A DNA stretch of 61,641 nt, taken from IMG/VR virus record IMGVR_UViG_3300045988_050566; one strand, 5' to 3'. Under the pieces are notes generated by a model, which did no database searches, had not been told where the DNA came from, and saw only the letters and a list, made by a program, of their open reading frames with translations. Positions 16,746 to 24,727 of this stretch are shown one piece after another. A program made the position numbers and the translations under genes. Numbering within the stretch: the first letter of the stretch is position 1; every line of letters begins with the position of its first letter. The stretch comes from a virus.

Positions 16746-17081
16746 TGTGATACCTCCTGTGGGCTTTCTTTTGTTCTTTTCTTTCTATACTCTACTTCCC
16801 TTTACTTTACTTCTCTTTACTATACTTTGCGGCTTTCCGCTGTCGGAAATCCGGCTGCGCGCTCTTTGTCGGTCTGCTCCTCCCCGGATATTCCGTTTTG
16901 TAGGGGTTTTCTCCCCGGAAACTGCCGCATAGCGGGCTTTCCTCCGCCCGAAACGAAAGTCCAAAACTCGAATTATTTGGTGTATTTTCCGCCTAAATTC
17001 TCGCAAAATAGAGGCAAGTAGAAAAATAGGTTTTCCGTCTCGGTGATTTTCGGAAATTCTCTCCCCGGAAATCGCCGCTTT
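16746..17081. repeat. 336-bp non-coding region with CTTTAC direct repeats and TTCTCCCCGGAAA motif copies
   Basis: No ORF with an RBS on either strand. CTTTAC repeats at 16798-16830. CTCCCCGGA(A/T) at 16882, 16911 and 17060. Confidence 0.6.
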
Positions 17082-17300
17082 TTATTTGTCCGGCTCCGGG
17101 GCCTCCATGTCGATGCCGTTCATGTCCCGCTGCTGGGTGATGTACTGCTCCTCCCCGGCGGCCTCGAGCTGGTTCTTGTGGGTGAGGAGCGTCGCCGTTC
17201 CTCCGTAGGCCTGCACAACGAATCCGTACTGCGCCGCGAGGCCCAAGACCTCGCTCCAATGGCTGTCCAGCTCCTTGAGCTTGTCCATGTTTACCATCAT
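17082..17300 (-). CDS. hypothetical protein (72 aa)
   Basis: MMVNMDKLKELDSHWSEVLGLAAQYGF...; ATGA overlap with the upstream stop. This is the C-terminal part of track ORF 17082..17837. Confidence 0.6.
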   Translation of the reverse strand: MMVNMDKLKELDSHWSEVLGLAAQYGFVVQAYGGTATLLTHKNQLEAAGEEQYITQQRDMNGIDMEAPEPDK

Positions 17301-17575
17301 GTTCCACCCCTCCTCGCGGTCTTTTTGGTCTTGACGATAACTACATGCTTCTCCACGCGGTAGATGTCGAAAACCTCCTGTAGCTTGTTCGTGCCCCGGT
17401 AGTTGCGGAGGGAATCGTACCTGCGCTTGGCCTCTTTCTCCTCCTCGTACTCGATGCACATATTCTTCTTCTGGCCGTCTGCGAGGAACGCAATCAGCGC
17501 GAGCGTTTCCTCGCTTTTCCGGCCCGCGCTGCCCTTGCGCTGGGGCAGGGTCGGTAGGTCGTATGTAATCTTCAT
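17297..17575 (-). CDS. hypothetical protein (92 aa)
   Basis: ORF track; start directly follows the stop of the upstream gene. Confidence 0.65.
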   Translation of the reverse strand: MKITYDLPTLPQRKGSAGRKSEETLALIAFLADGQKKNMCIEYEEEKEAKRRYDSLRNYRGTNKLQEVFDIYRVEKHVVIVKTKKTARRGGT

Positions 17576-17944
17576 TCAGCTCACCTCCATGATGTAGGGT
17601 GTGTACTCGAGGTTGTCCTCGGTGATGATGTCGTTCCATGTCAGCCCCTCGGTGCCGGGCGCGGGGTCGTCGAGGCTCACCGTCTTTATCTGTCTGCTCT
17701 GCTTGCGCTTTTCGTGGCCGACGGCGGAGCGCATCGCGCTCCATGCGATGGTGGTGAACTCGTAGTGGTACAGCTTCGGCTCCCTGAACCATCTCTCTAC
17801 GGTCAGCAGGTAGCGGAATATCACCACGTCGAACCACTCGTCATGCGGGAGCTTCTGCGCCCGGAGGAAACTGCCTACTATCCAAAAGTTGGTCTCTGCA
17901 ACGGCCCTTTCCTCCGGCGTGAGGGGTTTAAGAGCCGACCGCAT
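17576..17944 (-). CDS. hypothetical protein (122 aa), weakly sigma-factor-like
   Basis: ORF track. The G11 run ends 4 nt upstream of the ATG. The sigma-like call is from memory of Tn916 orf7-type proteins only. Confidence 0.6.
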   Translation of the reverse strand: MRSALKPLTPEERAVAETNFWIVGSFLRAQKLPHDEWFDVVIFRYLLTVERWFREPKLYHYEFTTIAWSAMRSAVGHEKRKQSRQIKTVSLDDPAPGTEGLTWNDIITEDNLEYTPYIMEVS

Positions 17945-18630
17945 TCATCCCCCCCCCCCGCGATTCTGCGCGTCGGGTCGAACTCTCTGCCCTCTGCGTA
18001 GCCCTGTCGGTACGCTCCGGCGGAGATGTTGTCCTCTGCGCTGGATTTGAAATGCTCATGCCCGAGGTGCTGCGCGGCCTCTGTGACCTCTTTCGGCATC
18101 ACCAGTACAAGGCCCCATTCCTCCCGGTTCTCCTCTCCCTGCCGCTCGAAAGCTGCGTCGATGCCCCGGACGAAGCCGTAGCCATAGCTGTCGCACTCCT
18201 GCTTGATGAACTTCGAGTAGTAGGCGGTGTAGTCTGCGTACTCGCGCTTGATGTTCTTTATCCCGGCCCGTATGCAGTCCACGGCGTACTTGAATACGGC
18301 TATGCAGATTTCCACGTTGTCCTCGAGGCCGATGAACCCCACGTGCTGCGTCTGCTGGCCGTGGTAGCGTTTTCTGTACCCCTTGCAGCAGTAATTCTCT
18401 CCGATGGTGGCGGAAAGCGGGATAATCCACGGCTCTCGCCTCTTACTGCACGTGATGTCCGTAAGAACGTCCTCGACAGCCTGATTTTCCGTCTCCCGGC
18501 ATTCCCGCTCCGTGAGCTTATGCTCTGCCATGAGCTGCCGGGCCTTGAGTAGGGCGGCCCGCGCCTCTGCCTCTACCGGGCTTTCTGCCAGTGCGAGGAG
18601 CTTCCTGATCTTCTCCTTGTAGTCAACCAT
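17878..18630 (-). CDS. DUF2786-like domain protein (250 aa as written; C-terminus set by a G11 tract)
   Basis: MVDYKEKIRKLLALAESPVEAEARAALLKARQLMAEHKL is the typical DUF2786 N-terminus. The track ORF start (18789) is upstream junk overlapping the previous gene. Confidence 0.7.
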   Translation of the reverse strand: MVDYKEKIRKLLALAESPVEAEARAALLKARQLMAEHKLTERECRETENQAVEDVLTDITCSKRREPWIIPLSATIGENYCCKGYRKRYHGQQTQHVGFIGLEDNVEICIAVFKYAVDCIRAGIKNIKREYADYTAYYSKFIKQECDSYGYGFVRGIDAAFERQGEENREEWGLVLVMPKEVTEAAQHLGHEHFKSSAEDNISAGAYRQGYAEGREFDPTRRIAGGGDECGRLLNPSRRRKGPLQRPTFG

Positions 18631-19204
18631 CTGCCTCAACCTCCCTCCGGGCCTCGTCGATACGCTCCTCAAGGCGGGATTTCCGGGTGTAGCGGTTCGT
18701 GTTCTCCTTGTAGAAGCAGTAGCCATCGAACTGCCAGTAGCCTCCGCCGAGGTCGTGGAACGTGATGTATGTGGGTCTGCTGCCCCCACGCTCGTCCGCT
18801 TCGCTGCTGTACGGCTCCCCGCCCTGCGTGCAAAAGGAAAGCATCAGGACGGGCGGGACGCTGTCTACGAAGTGCTGCACCATGTCGTCGTCCACCTTGT
18901 CTCCGGGGAAACAGTAGTCCTCGAACGAGGGCAGGCCGCTCACCTGCCAGCCCTCGTAGGTCTTGACCGGGTAGCTGTCTGTGATGCGTTTGCGCTCCGC
19001 CTGCACCGTCTCGAGGATTTCGAGCCGCTGCTGCGCCGTGAGCTTCACGTCGTCCCCGTTTCCGCAGGGGAAAGCCTTAATCCCGCAGAGGAGGAGCTGC
19101 ACGTCAACCACGCACGTCGTTACGTACTGGTTCCCTCGAACGATGTCGTATGTGACAGCCTCTCTGCTGTTCTGTGAGCCGCGATAATATACGTACTGCG
19201 ACAT
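18623..19204 (-). CDS. hypothetical protein (193 aa)
   Basis: MSQYVYYRGSQNSREAVTYDIV... after GGAGGGGG. Begins 5 nt after the stop of the upstream gene. Confidence 0.65.
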   Translation of the reverse strand: MSQYVYYRGSQNSREAVTYDIVRGNQYVTTCVVDVQLLLCGIKAFPCGNGDDVKLTAQQRLEILETVQAERKRITDSYPVKTYEGWQVSGLPSFEDYCFPGDKVDDDMVQHFVDSVPPVLMLSFCTQGGEPYSSEADERGGSRPTYITFHDLGGGYWQFDGYCFYKENTNRYTRKSRLEERIDEARREVEADG

Positions 19205-19208
19205 TACC

Positions 19209-19643
19209 TTACCCCCTCCTGCAAATCTCCGTGACGGCTTTCTCAATGCCTCTCTTGAGGCGCGGGTCGGCCAACACCTCGTCCGCCGTGTACCCCAGCG
19301 CGTCCAGCGTGTCCTCCGTGTCCATCGTGTAGCCGTACTCGTGGTTGTCCAGCTCGTAGAGGAACATTTCGTAGATGAAGCCATCCCCGGTCTTGTCCTC
19401 CGCGATGGCGGCCTCTCGCTCTGCCTCGTGTCTGCTGAACGTGTCCCGGATTAGCTGCGCGTCCGACTTCTTGTAGTAGCCGCCCGTGCTGCCGAGGCGG
19501 TAGATTTTGTCGAGGTCTTTCTCCGGGTCGAGGCCCCAGCCCCGCATCATCTCCGCAAACTGCGCGTTACCAAAGGCGAAGCCGATGGGGAGCGCGTTGA
19601 CCTCTTGCTGGTGTCTCTGACAAAGCTCTGCGTATCTATTCAT
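19209..19643 (-). CDS. hypothetical protein (144 aa), of a type common in Firmicutes mobile-element leading regions
   Basis: ORF track. GDGFIYEMFLYELDNHEYGYT motif recognised from memory only. Confidence 0.65.
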   Translation of the reverse strand: MNRYAELCQRHQQEVNALPIGFAFGNAQFAEMMRGWGLDPEKDLDKIYRLGSTGGYYKKSDAQLIRDTFSRHEAEREAAIAEDKTGDGFIYEMFLYELDNHEYGYTMDTEDTLDALGYTADEVLADPRLKRGIEKAVTEICRRG

Positions 19644-19830
19644 CGTCTGTTCCCTCCAAGTTCGTGTTGTGTGTCTCGTAGTAGCGGATAAGGGCTTTCA
19701 GCCCACCCGCGTCGATGGTGAGCGTCCGGGTGTCCCCGTACCAATGGCTCAACCTTGCCCCGTAATGCTCCCCGCTGCCTGTCTCATGGGAGAGCATCTG
19801 CCGGAGCTGCTTGACCTTGTAATCGTCCAT
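19636..19830 (-). CDS. hypothetical protein (64 aa)
   Basis: ORF track; overlaps the next start by 8 nt. Confidence 0.55.
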   Translation of the reverse strand: MDDYKVKQLRQMLSHETGSGEHYGARLSHWYGDTRTLTIDAGGLKALIRYYETHNTNLEGTDDE

Positions 19831-19846
19831 CTGTGCCGCCCTCCTC

Positions 19847-20044
19847 TCAACGAAACTCAGGCATACTGCCGATAACCTTGCGTACCCGCGCCTCGCTCAC
19901 CCTGTAGGGTCGCTTGCGCGTGGCGTTATCCTCCATGATCTGGGCGTAAACCATGAGCGGAAGCTCGAACAGGGCCGCGCACTTGGGGTAGAGCCGAACC
20001 GCCTGCTGGCGGATTTCCAGCTCGATTTCCTCGCTCCACGTCAT
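19847..20044 (-). CDS. hypothetical protein (65 aa)
   Basis: MTWSEEIELEIRQQAVRLYPK...; ATGA overlap with the upstream stop. Confidence 0.55.
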   Translation of the reverse strand: MTWSEEIELEIRQQAVRLYPKCAALFELPLMVYAQIMEDNATRKRPYRVSEARVRKVIGSMPEFR

Positions 20045-20226
20045 GTCCTGCGCACCTCCCTTGCCATTCGCGCGGCCTCTGCCGCGCAGTCCCGGCACTC
20101 TTTGATTTCCTTGATGGCCTTGCGGAGGGCCTGCACGTAGAACGCCGGAACCATCTCGCCGTATGCGTACTGGCAGGCCGCCTTTTCCTCCCGAAGCTCC
20201 TCGAGGAGCTTGTCGTAGTCAATCAT
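20041..20226 (-). CDS. hypothetical protein (61 aa)
   Basis: ORF track; coupled stops and starts on both sides. Confidence 0.55.
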   Translation of the reverse strand: MIDYDKLLEELREEKAACQYAYGEMVPAFYVQALRKAIKEIKECRDCAAEAARMAREVRRT

Positions 20227-20552
20227 GGCCGCTCACCTCCCGCCGGGCGGTGCTGGTAGAGGTCTCGCGGCTTTCTGGCCGGGTTGCGGCTGCAATTCCA
20301 GCAGCAGTCCATATCCCGGCTGGCCGCCTCGTGGACGCAGCCCGTGCAGCCAATGCCGTCCGCCACGAGCGCGTAGCCTGCCGCCGTCTCCGGGTCGAGG
20401 GGCTTCTCGTACTCGATGTAGCCCCAAGCCTCCCGGCCAACCTCCTCGCAGTAGGTCTTGCTGTCGAAGTTGAAAACCTCCTTGACTGCGTTCCCCTGCG
20501 GCTTCGGAAACGTCCCCGGCCCTACCGGGCGTTGTGTGCTGTAGTATCTCAT
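20223..20552 (-). CDS. hypothetical Cys-rich protein (109 aa)
   Basis: MRYYSTQRPVGPGTFPKP... N-terminus; CTGC and CCWNC motifs. Confidence 0.6.
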   Translation of the reverse strand: MRYYSTQRPVGPGTFPKPQGNAVKEVFNFDSKTYCEEVGREAWGYIEYEKPLDPETAAGYALVADGIGCTGCVHEAASRDMDCCWNCSRNPARKPRDLYQHRPAGGERP

Positions 20553-20758
20553 GCCTGCGCCTCCTTGAAGTTTGTGGGGTATTTGGTGCAGAGCACCGCC
20601 CCCTCCGCTGTGTCAAATACCTCGACTGGGGTATTGAAGAAACTTGCGTAGCACTCCGCGCTGTGTTCCGCCCAGGCCCGGTCAATGTACCTGTGGAATG
20701 CCCGGATGCTGCTGCGGATTTCGTATCGCGGAGCCTCCGCTTTCTTCCTGCGCTTCAT
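20549..20758 (-). CDS. hypothetical protein (69 aa)
   Basis: MKRRKKAEAPRYEIRSSI...; ATGA overlap with the upstream stop. Confidence 0.55.
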   Translation of the reverse strand: MKRRKKAEAPRYEIRSSIRAFHRYIDRAWAEHSAECYASFFNTPVEVFDTAEGAVLCTKYPTNFKEAQA

Positions 20759-21165
20759 TCCTCGTCCTCCTCGTCGTAGTCGTCCACGTCCTCGTTCTCG
20801 TTCCGGTAGCTCCACATATCCTCGCTGTTTGGCGCTGCCTTCAGCTCCGGGTGCTGCTCGATGTAGGAGGCGGCGGCTTCCTCAAGCATCTCGACCGCCT
20901 TATCATAGAGGCTGTCCGCCTCTATTCCCCACATACCGCGAACAATGACCGCAACCTCGTCCCCGCCGTTCTTAATGAGATACCGGGCTGCCGGGTTGCA
21001 GGTCTCCTTGCCGTACCCAACTCCGATGTGGTCGCCGTCGTTGTAGTTCCGGTAGCCAATCCGGGAAACGGCTCTGACGATCTCCCCCGCCACGGTGTCG
21101 GCCTTGCCGCTGGCGGGTACAAGCTCCGAAAAAAGAGCGTTGATTTTCTGCTCTGCTGTTGTCAT
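20755..21165 (-). CDS. hypothetical protein with strongly acidic C-terminal tail (136 aa)
   Basis: MTTAEQKINALF after AAAGGAG; ends NENEDVDDYDEEDEE. Confidence 0.6.
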   Translation of the reverse strand: MTTAEQKINALFSELVPASGKADTVAGEIVRAVSRIGYRNYNDGDHIGVGYGKETCNPAARYLIKNGGDEVAVIVRGMWGIEADSLYDKAVEMLEEAAASYIEQHPELKAAPNSEDMWSYRNENEDVDDYDEEDEE

Positions 21166-21247
21166 GGTGGTTATCTCCTTTCGCTGCCCTGCCATCATCA
21201 GGCCGGGTAGGGCGGCTCCCGGCGACGGGCCTGCGGCCCGTTTCGGC

Positions 21248-21511
21248 TCATTGTGCTGGTTTCAGCCTCGCTTCCCGTAGGTCAGAAAGCTCAAGGGGGT
21301 ATATGCCGTACTCACACGGAATGGCTCTGCCAGTGGAAATCCAGTGCGGATTTGTCGCGTCCGTCCCGAGCGTCCCATCTGTGGTGAGGTAGAGCTTTTC
21401 TTCACGCCCGCTTTCGTAAACAATGGTGTCCCCGTCGCGCAGCTCCTTGCCATCCCTGTCGAAGTAGCGGTAGGCCCCGTTTTCTTCAACGATTTTTGCC
21501 TTGTTCTCCAT
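21248..21511 (-). CDS. hypothetical protein (87 aa)
   Basis: MENKAKIVEENGAYRYFD after GAGAAAGGAAA. Confidence 0.55.
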   Translation of the reverse strand: MENKAKIVEENGAYRYFDRDGKELRDGDTIVYESGREEKLYLTTDGTLGTDATNPHWISTGRAIPCEYGIYPLELSDLREARLKPAQ

Positions 21512-21558
21512 ATTCGGTTTCCTTTCTCCCCGTAGGCCCGGTAGGTCAGGAGGGTTTA

Positions 21559-21783
21559 TTACCACTCGTGGCTCTCGAACTCCTCAAGCGCGTTCACTGC
21601 CGCGATATGGATTTTCATGTACTCGTCAGCAGCGGCCTCCTGCTTCTTGGCGAGGTCTTTGCCCGTCGTCTCGCTCTCCTCGTATTCGTGCTGGAGCTTC
21701 CTCGCGGCCTTGTAGACCTCGCCGGTTTTGGCCTCCTCCTCGACAAGTAGGCGGTGGATGTATTCCAATGTCTTGATGGTCAT
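21559..21783 (-). CDS. hypothetical coiled-coil protein (74 aa)
   Basis: MTIKTLEYIHRLLVEEEAKTGEVYK after GAGAAAGGA. Confidence 0.55.
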   Translation of the reverse strand: MTIKTLEYIHRLLVEEEAKTGEVYKAARKLQHEYEESETTGKDLAKKQEAAADEYMKIHIAAVNALEEFESHEW

Positions 21784-21860
21784 GTCGTGTCCTTTCTCCC
21801 CGTCCTGCCGATAGGTCAGCGCCCCGTTATGCGTCAAATCTGTTTCATGTGAAACACCGT

Positions 21861-21897
21861 AGTCCCATTTTGGGGCGTGCTATGGTAAAAAAATTTA
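21861..21897 (-). promoter_or_regulatory. conserved post-stop element (copy 2 of 2): TAA-A-T7-ACC-N5-AC-GCCCCAAAATGGGAC
   Basis: Minus strand reads TAAATTTTTTTACCATAGCACGCCCCAAAATGGGACT right after the stop of 21895..22302. Compare 13612..13646. Confidence 0.6.
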
Positions 21898-22302
21898 GGA
21901 AGCCTCGCGGCCCGCATAGATGCCGGAAATGTTCAGGAACAAGTACCAGTAGCCCTCCGAAGTCTCCTCAACGCCCCAGCTATAGGTGCCGTTCTTGCTG
22001 TACGCCTTGATTTCCTCCGGGTCGTTTGACCACGCAGGTCTCCACCCGGTCGTGTCCTTGAAGTAGCCGCTATCGCAGCTTTCCCTCATGCACTCCACCC
22101 ATCCGGCGATGTCCCTGCTGATCTCCCGGAACGTCTTTTCAAAACGCCGTAGGGCCGTCTTGTAGCTCTTGCAGGCGGTGAACATATCAATCGAGATTTT
22201 CCATCCGTCGTCAATCGCTACCGGGATTTCCTCGTAGTCGCTGGCGTTTTCAAAGGTGTCCGTCCAGCTCTCGTACTCGGCGTAGCTGCTGAACTTCTTC
22301 AT
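21895..22302 (-). CDS. hypothetical protein (135 aa), first gene of the second early/accessory operon
   Basis: MKKFSSYAEYESWTDTFENASDYEE after GAGGAGG plus 8 nt. Confidence 0.6.
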   Translation of the reverse strand: MKKFSSYAEYESWTDTFENASDYEEIPVAIDDGWKISIDMFTACKSYKTALRRFEKTFREISRDIAGWVECMRESCDSGYFKDTTGWRPAWSNDPEEIKAYSKNGTYSWGVEETSEGYWYLFLNISGIYAGREAS

Positions 22303-22460
22303 AATAGCGTCCTCCTCGATGTTCCCTTTCGGCTCCGAGGTTTCCTTTCGCATTGCGCTTCCCGCTTGAGGCCCGTGGGCTGGGCGGTGCTGTCCACATT
22401 CTGTTTTATCCTCTGACCCGTTTCGGGGAACTCTCTTGTGTTTCCCTCGACTGTGCCTTA

Positions 22461-22489
22461 ATTATAGTCCCTATTTGGGGCAATGTCAA
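22461..22489 (-). promoter_or_regulatory. consensus sigma-70 promoter TTGACA-17-TATAAT driving the accessory operon
   Basis: Minus strand reads TTGACAttgccccaaatagggacTATAAT. The spacer carries the same inverted repeat as the PR-like promoter. Confidence 0.8.
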
Positions 22490-22592
22490 CCAAATTTCCA
22501 AAACATTTTTGAAGATTGCCACGTTTTGGGGCATTTTGTTGACTGTGCTGTATTCATAGTATCAGAATTGTGGACTGTGCCCCATTCAGGGC

Positions 22593-22635
22593 AAAAAAAT
22601 AAAGCCCCTCCCACGGATTTCTCCATGAGAGGGGC
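22593..22635 (-). terminator. rho-independent terminator ending the late/lysis transcription unit
   Basis: Minus strand: AGCCCCTC...GAGGGGCT stem followed by TTTATTTTTTT. A second small hairpin CCCGTC-gaaaa-GACGGG lies just upstream. Confidence 0.75.
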
Positions 22636-22659
22636 TGGCCCGTCTTTTCGACGGGTCTG

Positions 22660-23196
22660 TTATTCTGCTGTCTGGACGGTCGGCTCTGATTTGAGCTGAT
22701 TTACCGCCGTCTGCGCGATAGTCGCGGCTGTGGCCGCTGCTGTGCTTGCGGCGATGGCGGTGGTGTCGGCCTTGCTCTCCGTTACGGGGAGGGAAATGGT
22801 GAGCGGTGCTTCGAGCTTCTGCTTGCGTACCTCCGCCTCAATCTTGGTCGTCAGGTATTCCGCGATGTCGCCGTAGGCCGCTTCAATAAATGCCTGCGCC
22901 GCCGGGCTGATGGACGCGATACAGGCGGCGAGGGACTTCTGTAGTGCCTCTTTCTGCGCTTCCAGCGTGAACTCCCCGGCGTTCTTGAGCGCGTCCACGT
23001 AGGTCTGGCTGGTGGCCGCCACCGCGTCCGCGATGGCGTTGGCGATCTCCTTGATATACCCCTGTACCTTGATGTCCTCGGTCTCCGCTGCGGCGTTGTC
23101 CCCGGCCTTGCGAATCAGCACGATAACGTACCCCGCAATCACCGGGACGGCTGCCGTAACGACCGCCGTAAACAGGTTCATCAGAAATTCTTGCAT
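22660..23196 (-). CDS. membrane-anchored protein downstream of the endolysin (178 aa); possible LL-H-type holin or lysis accessory protein
   Basis: Single N-terminal TM segment NLFTAVVTAAVPVIAGYVIVLI, then an Ala-rich helical region. Position in the lysis cassette. Confidence 0.6.
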   Translation of the reverse strand: MQEFLMNLFTAVVTAAVPVIAGYVIVLIRKAGDNAAAETEDIKVQGYIKEIANAIADAVAATSQTYVDALKNAGEFTLEAQKEALQKSLAACIASISPAAQAFIEAAYGDIAEYLTTKIEAEVRKQKLEAPLTISLPVTESKADTTAIAASTAAATAATIAQTAVNQLKSEPTVQTAE

Positions 23197-23209
23197 TGCG
23201 CTCTCCTCC

Positions 23210-24715
23210 TTAATCCGGGAGCTTCAAGACCTGTCCGGGGCGGATGGTGTCGCTGGACAGTCCGTTGAGGCTCTTGATTTCCGTGTAGCGGCTGCCGTTG
23301 CCGAGCTGCTTCGCGGCAATGGCCCAAAGGCTGTCCCCGGCCTTGACGGTGTAGGTCTTGCCTCCCGTGCTGCCGCCGGAGATGTCCGCCTCGTTCACCC
23401 AGCCGTACACGTTGCTCCCGCCGCCGCTCACGGCGACAAGGTGATACGGGTGCTTGCTCTTGCCGAGCTGGTAAATTTGCGTGATTTTGGCCTTGCCGGG
23501 CTTGCAGCTCTTGCCGCTGGCCGCGTTCGCACTGGTATAGTGGGTGCTGCCGGTGAAATTCACTTCATCACCCACCTTGAAGCTGCCCGCCGTGGCCGTC
23601 CCGGTGCTGCCGCCGGTCGTGCTGCCGGTGCTGCCGCCGAGCTGCGCCGTGACCTTGCTGGCGAGGTCGCCCATCCGGGCGTACATCCAGTCTCCGGGGC
23701 AGCTCTTTTGAGCAAACCACCGATGAACTGTCAGCACCATCTCGTCCGACTTCGGGGCGTAGTTGAGGGTCTTGGTCTTGTCGCCCAGCCACAGCAGCTT
23801 TTTCTTCCCGTTGCGCTTGCAGATGTCCACGCAAAGGGCCACGAGCTTCTGATAAACTACGTCCTTAAAGGCGTAGGGTTCGGTGGTATCGGACGCGCAC
23901 TCGATTGTCACGGCGCGCTGGTCGTTCTCCGGGGAGGAGGAGCACCAAGAGCGGTTCTTCTCCTCTACGCAAAGAAGCACCCGCCCGTCTGCGCCGATGC
24001 CGTAGTTGCACGAGGCCTCTTTCGAGGTCGGCATAAAAATGTTGCCCAGCGTCTCCACGGAGCACTGGCCCACCACACAATGCGGTGTGATGCGGTCAAT
24101 GGCGTGGGTGCGCTGGCCGGAATGGTTCGGACTGAGCTTTGTGTAGTTCACAAGCGAACTGTTACTCATAGTATTACCTCCGTTTCCGGGCTGGGGGGCC
24201 TTTCCTGCGTACTTCTTGTAGTAGTTCTGGCCGTACCCAGCCCTCTTGTTCTGTACTGCTGCGCTCTGGTCTGCCGGGCGCTCAAAATTGAGCAGCACAC
24301 TGTTGCTGGCCGTCTTTACGTCGCTGGCCGTCTTGAGGGTGGAGAGCACCGTCTTGTAGCTCTCCGAAAGCTCCTTGAACAGGTAGCCAAGCTGCGTCTC
24401 CAAGTCCCCAATAGACTTGCCTGCGGCCTGCGCAAACGCCAGCAGGCCCTCTTTCCGGCTCCAATACGTCCACTGTGCGAGGCCGTAGCCCGCGCTGTCA
24501 TGGACAAAGTTCTGGTACTTCCCGCTGTCTACGGCTGCGGTGTAGGTCGCGTCCGTGTAGCCCAGCTTCTTCTCGTAGGTGTTCTGCAGGTTCTGCGGGT
24601 TCAGCCCGCTCTCTGCGTAAAGGTTTCCCATCAGGCCCGCCGCGCCCTCCGCGCTCAAGCCCTTCCCCACGAGGTAGTTCCATATCTTCTCCTCGTTCGT
24701 TTTTCCCGTCAGCAT
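23210..24715 (-). CDS. multidomain endolysin (501 aa): N-terminal lysozyme-like domain, Amidase_2 (N-acetylmuramoyl-L-alanine amidase), SH3-like domain, C-terminal LysM
   Basis: MGNLYAESGLNP (phage lysozyme-like). HAIDRITPHCVVG...NYGIGADGRV...AVTIECASD (amidase_2). FKVGDEVNFTG...HPYHLV (SH3-like). YTVKAGDSLWAIAAKQLGNGSRYTEIKSLNGLSSDTIRPGQVLKLP (LysM). Confidence 0.9.
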   Translation of the reverse strand: MLTGKTNEEKIWNYLVGKGLSAEGAAGLMGNLYAESGLNPQNLQNTYEKKLGYTDATYTAAVDSGKYQNFVHDSAGYGLAQWTYWSRKEGLLAFAQAAGKSIGDLETQLGYLFKELSESYKTVLSTLKTASDVKTASNSVLLNFERPADQSAAVQNKRAGYGQNYYKKYAGKAPQPGNGGNTMSNSSLVNYTKLSPNHSGQRTHAIDRITPHCVVGQCSVETLGNIFMPTSKEASCNYGIGADGRVLLCVEEKNRSWCSSSPENDQRAVTIECASDTTEPYAFKDVVYQKLVALCVDICKRNGKKKLLWLGDKTKTLNYAPKSDEMVLTVHRWFAQKSCPGDWMYARMGDLASKVTAQLGGSTGSTTGGSTGTATAGSFKVGDEVNFTGSTHYTSANAASGKSCKPGKAKITQIYQLGKSKHPYHLVAVSGGGSNVYGWVNEADISGGSTGGKTYTVKAGDSLWAIAAKQLGNGSRYTEIKSLNGLSSDTIRPGQVLKLPD

Positions 24716-24727
24716 TGCCTCTCCTTT

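Noticed and set aside
22541-22570. Possible plus-strand promoter TTGACT-18-CAGAAT, preceded by a GGGGCATTTT half-site and divergent from the strong minus-strand promoter.
   Set aside because: The -10 is weak (4/6) and the spacing is non-optimal. There is no plus-strand gene or RBS downstream before the terminator region. It is kept only as a remote possibility for an antisense RNA.
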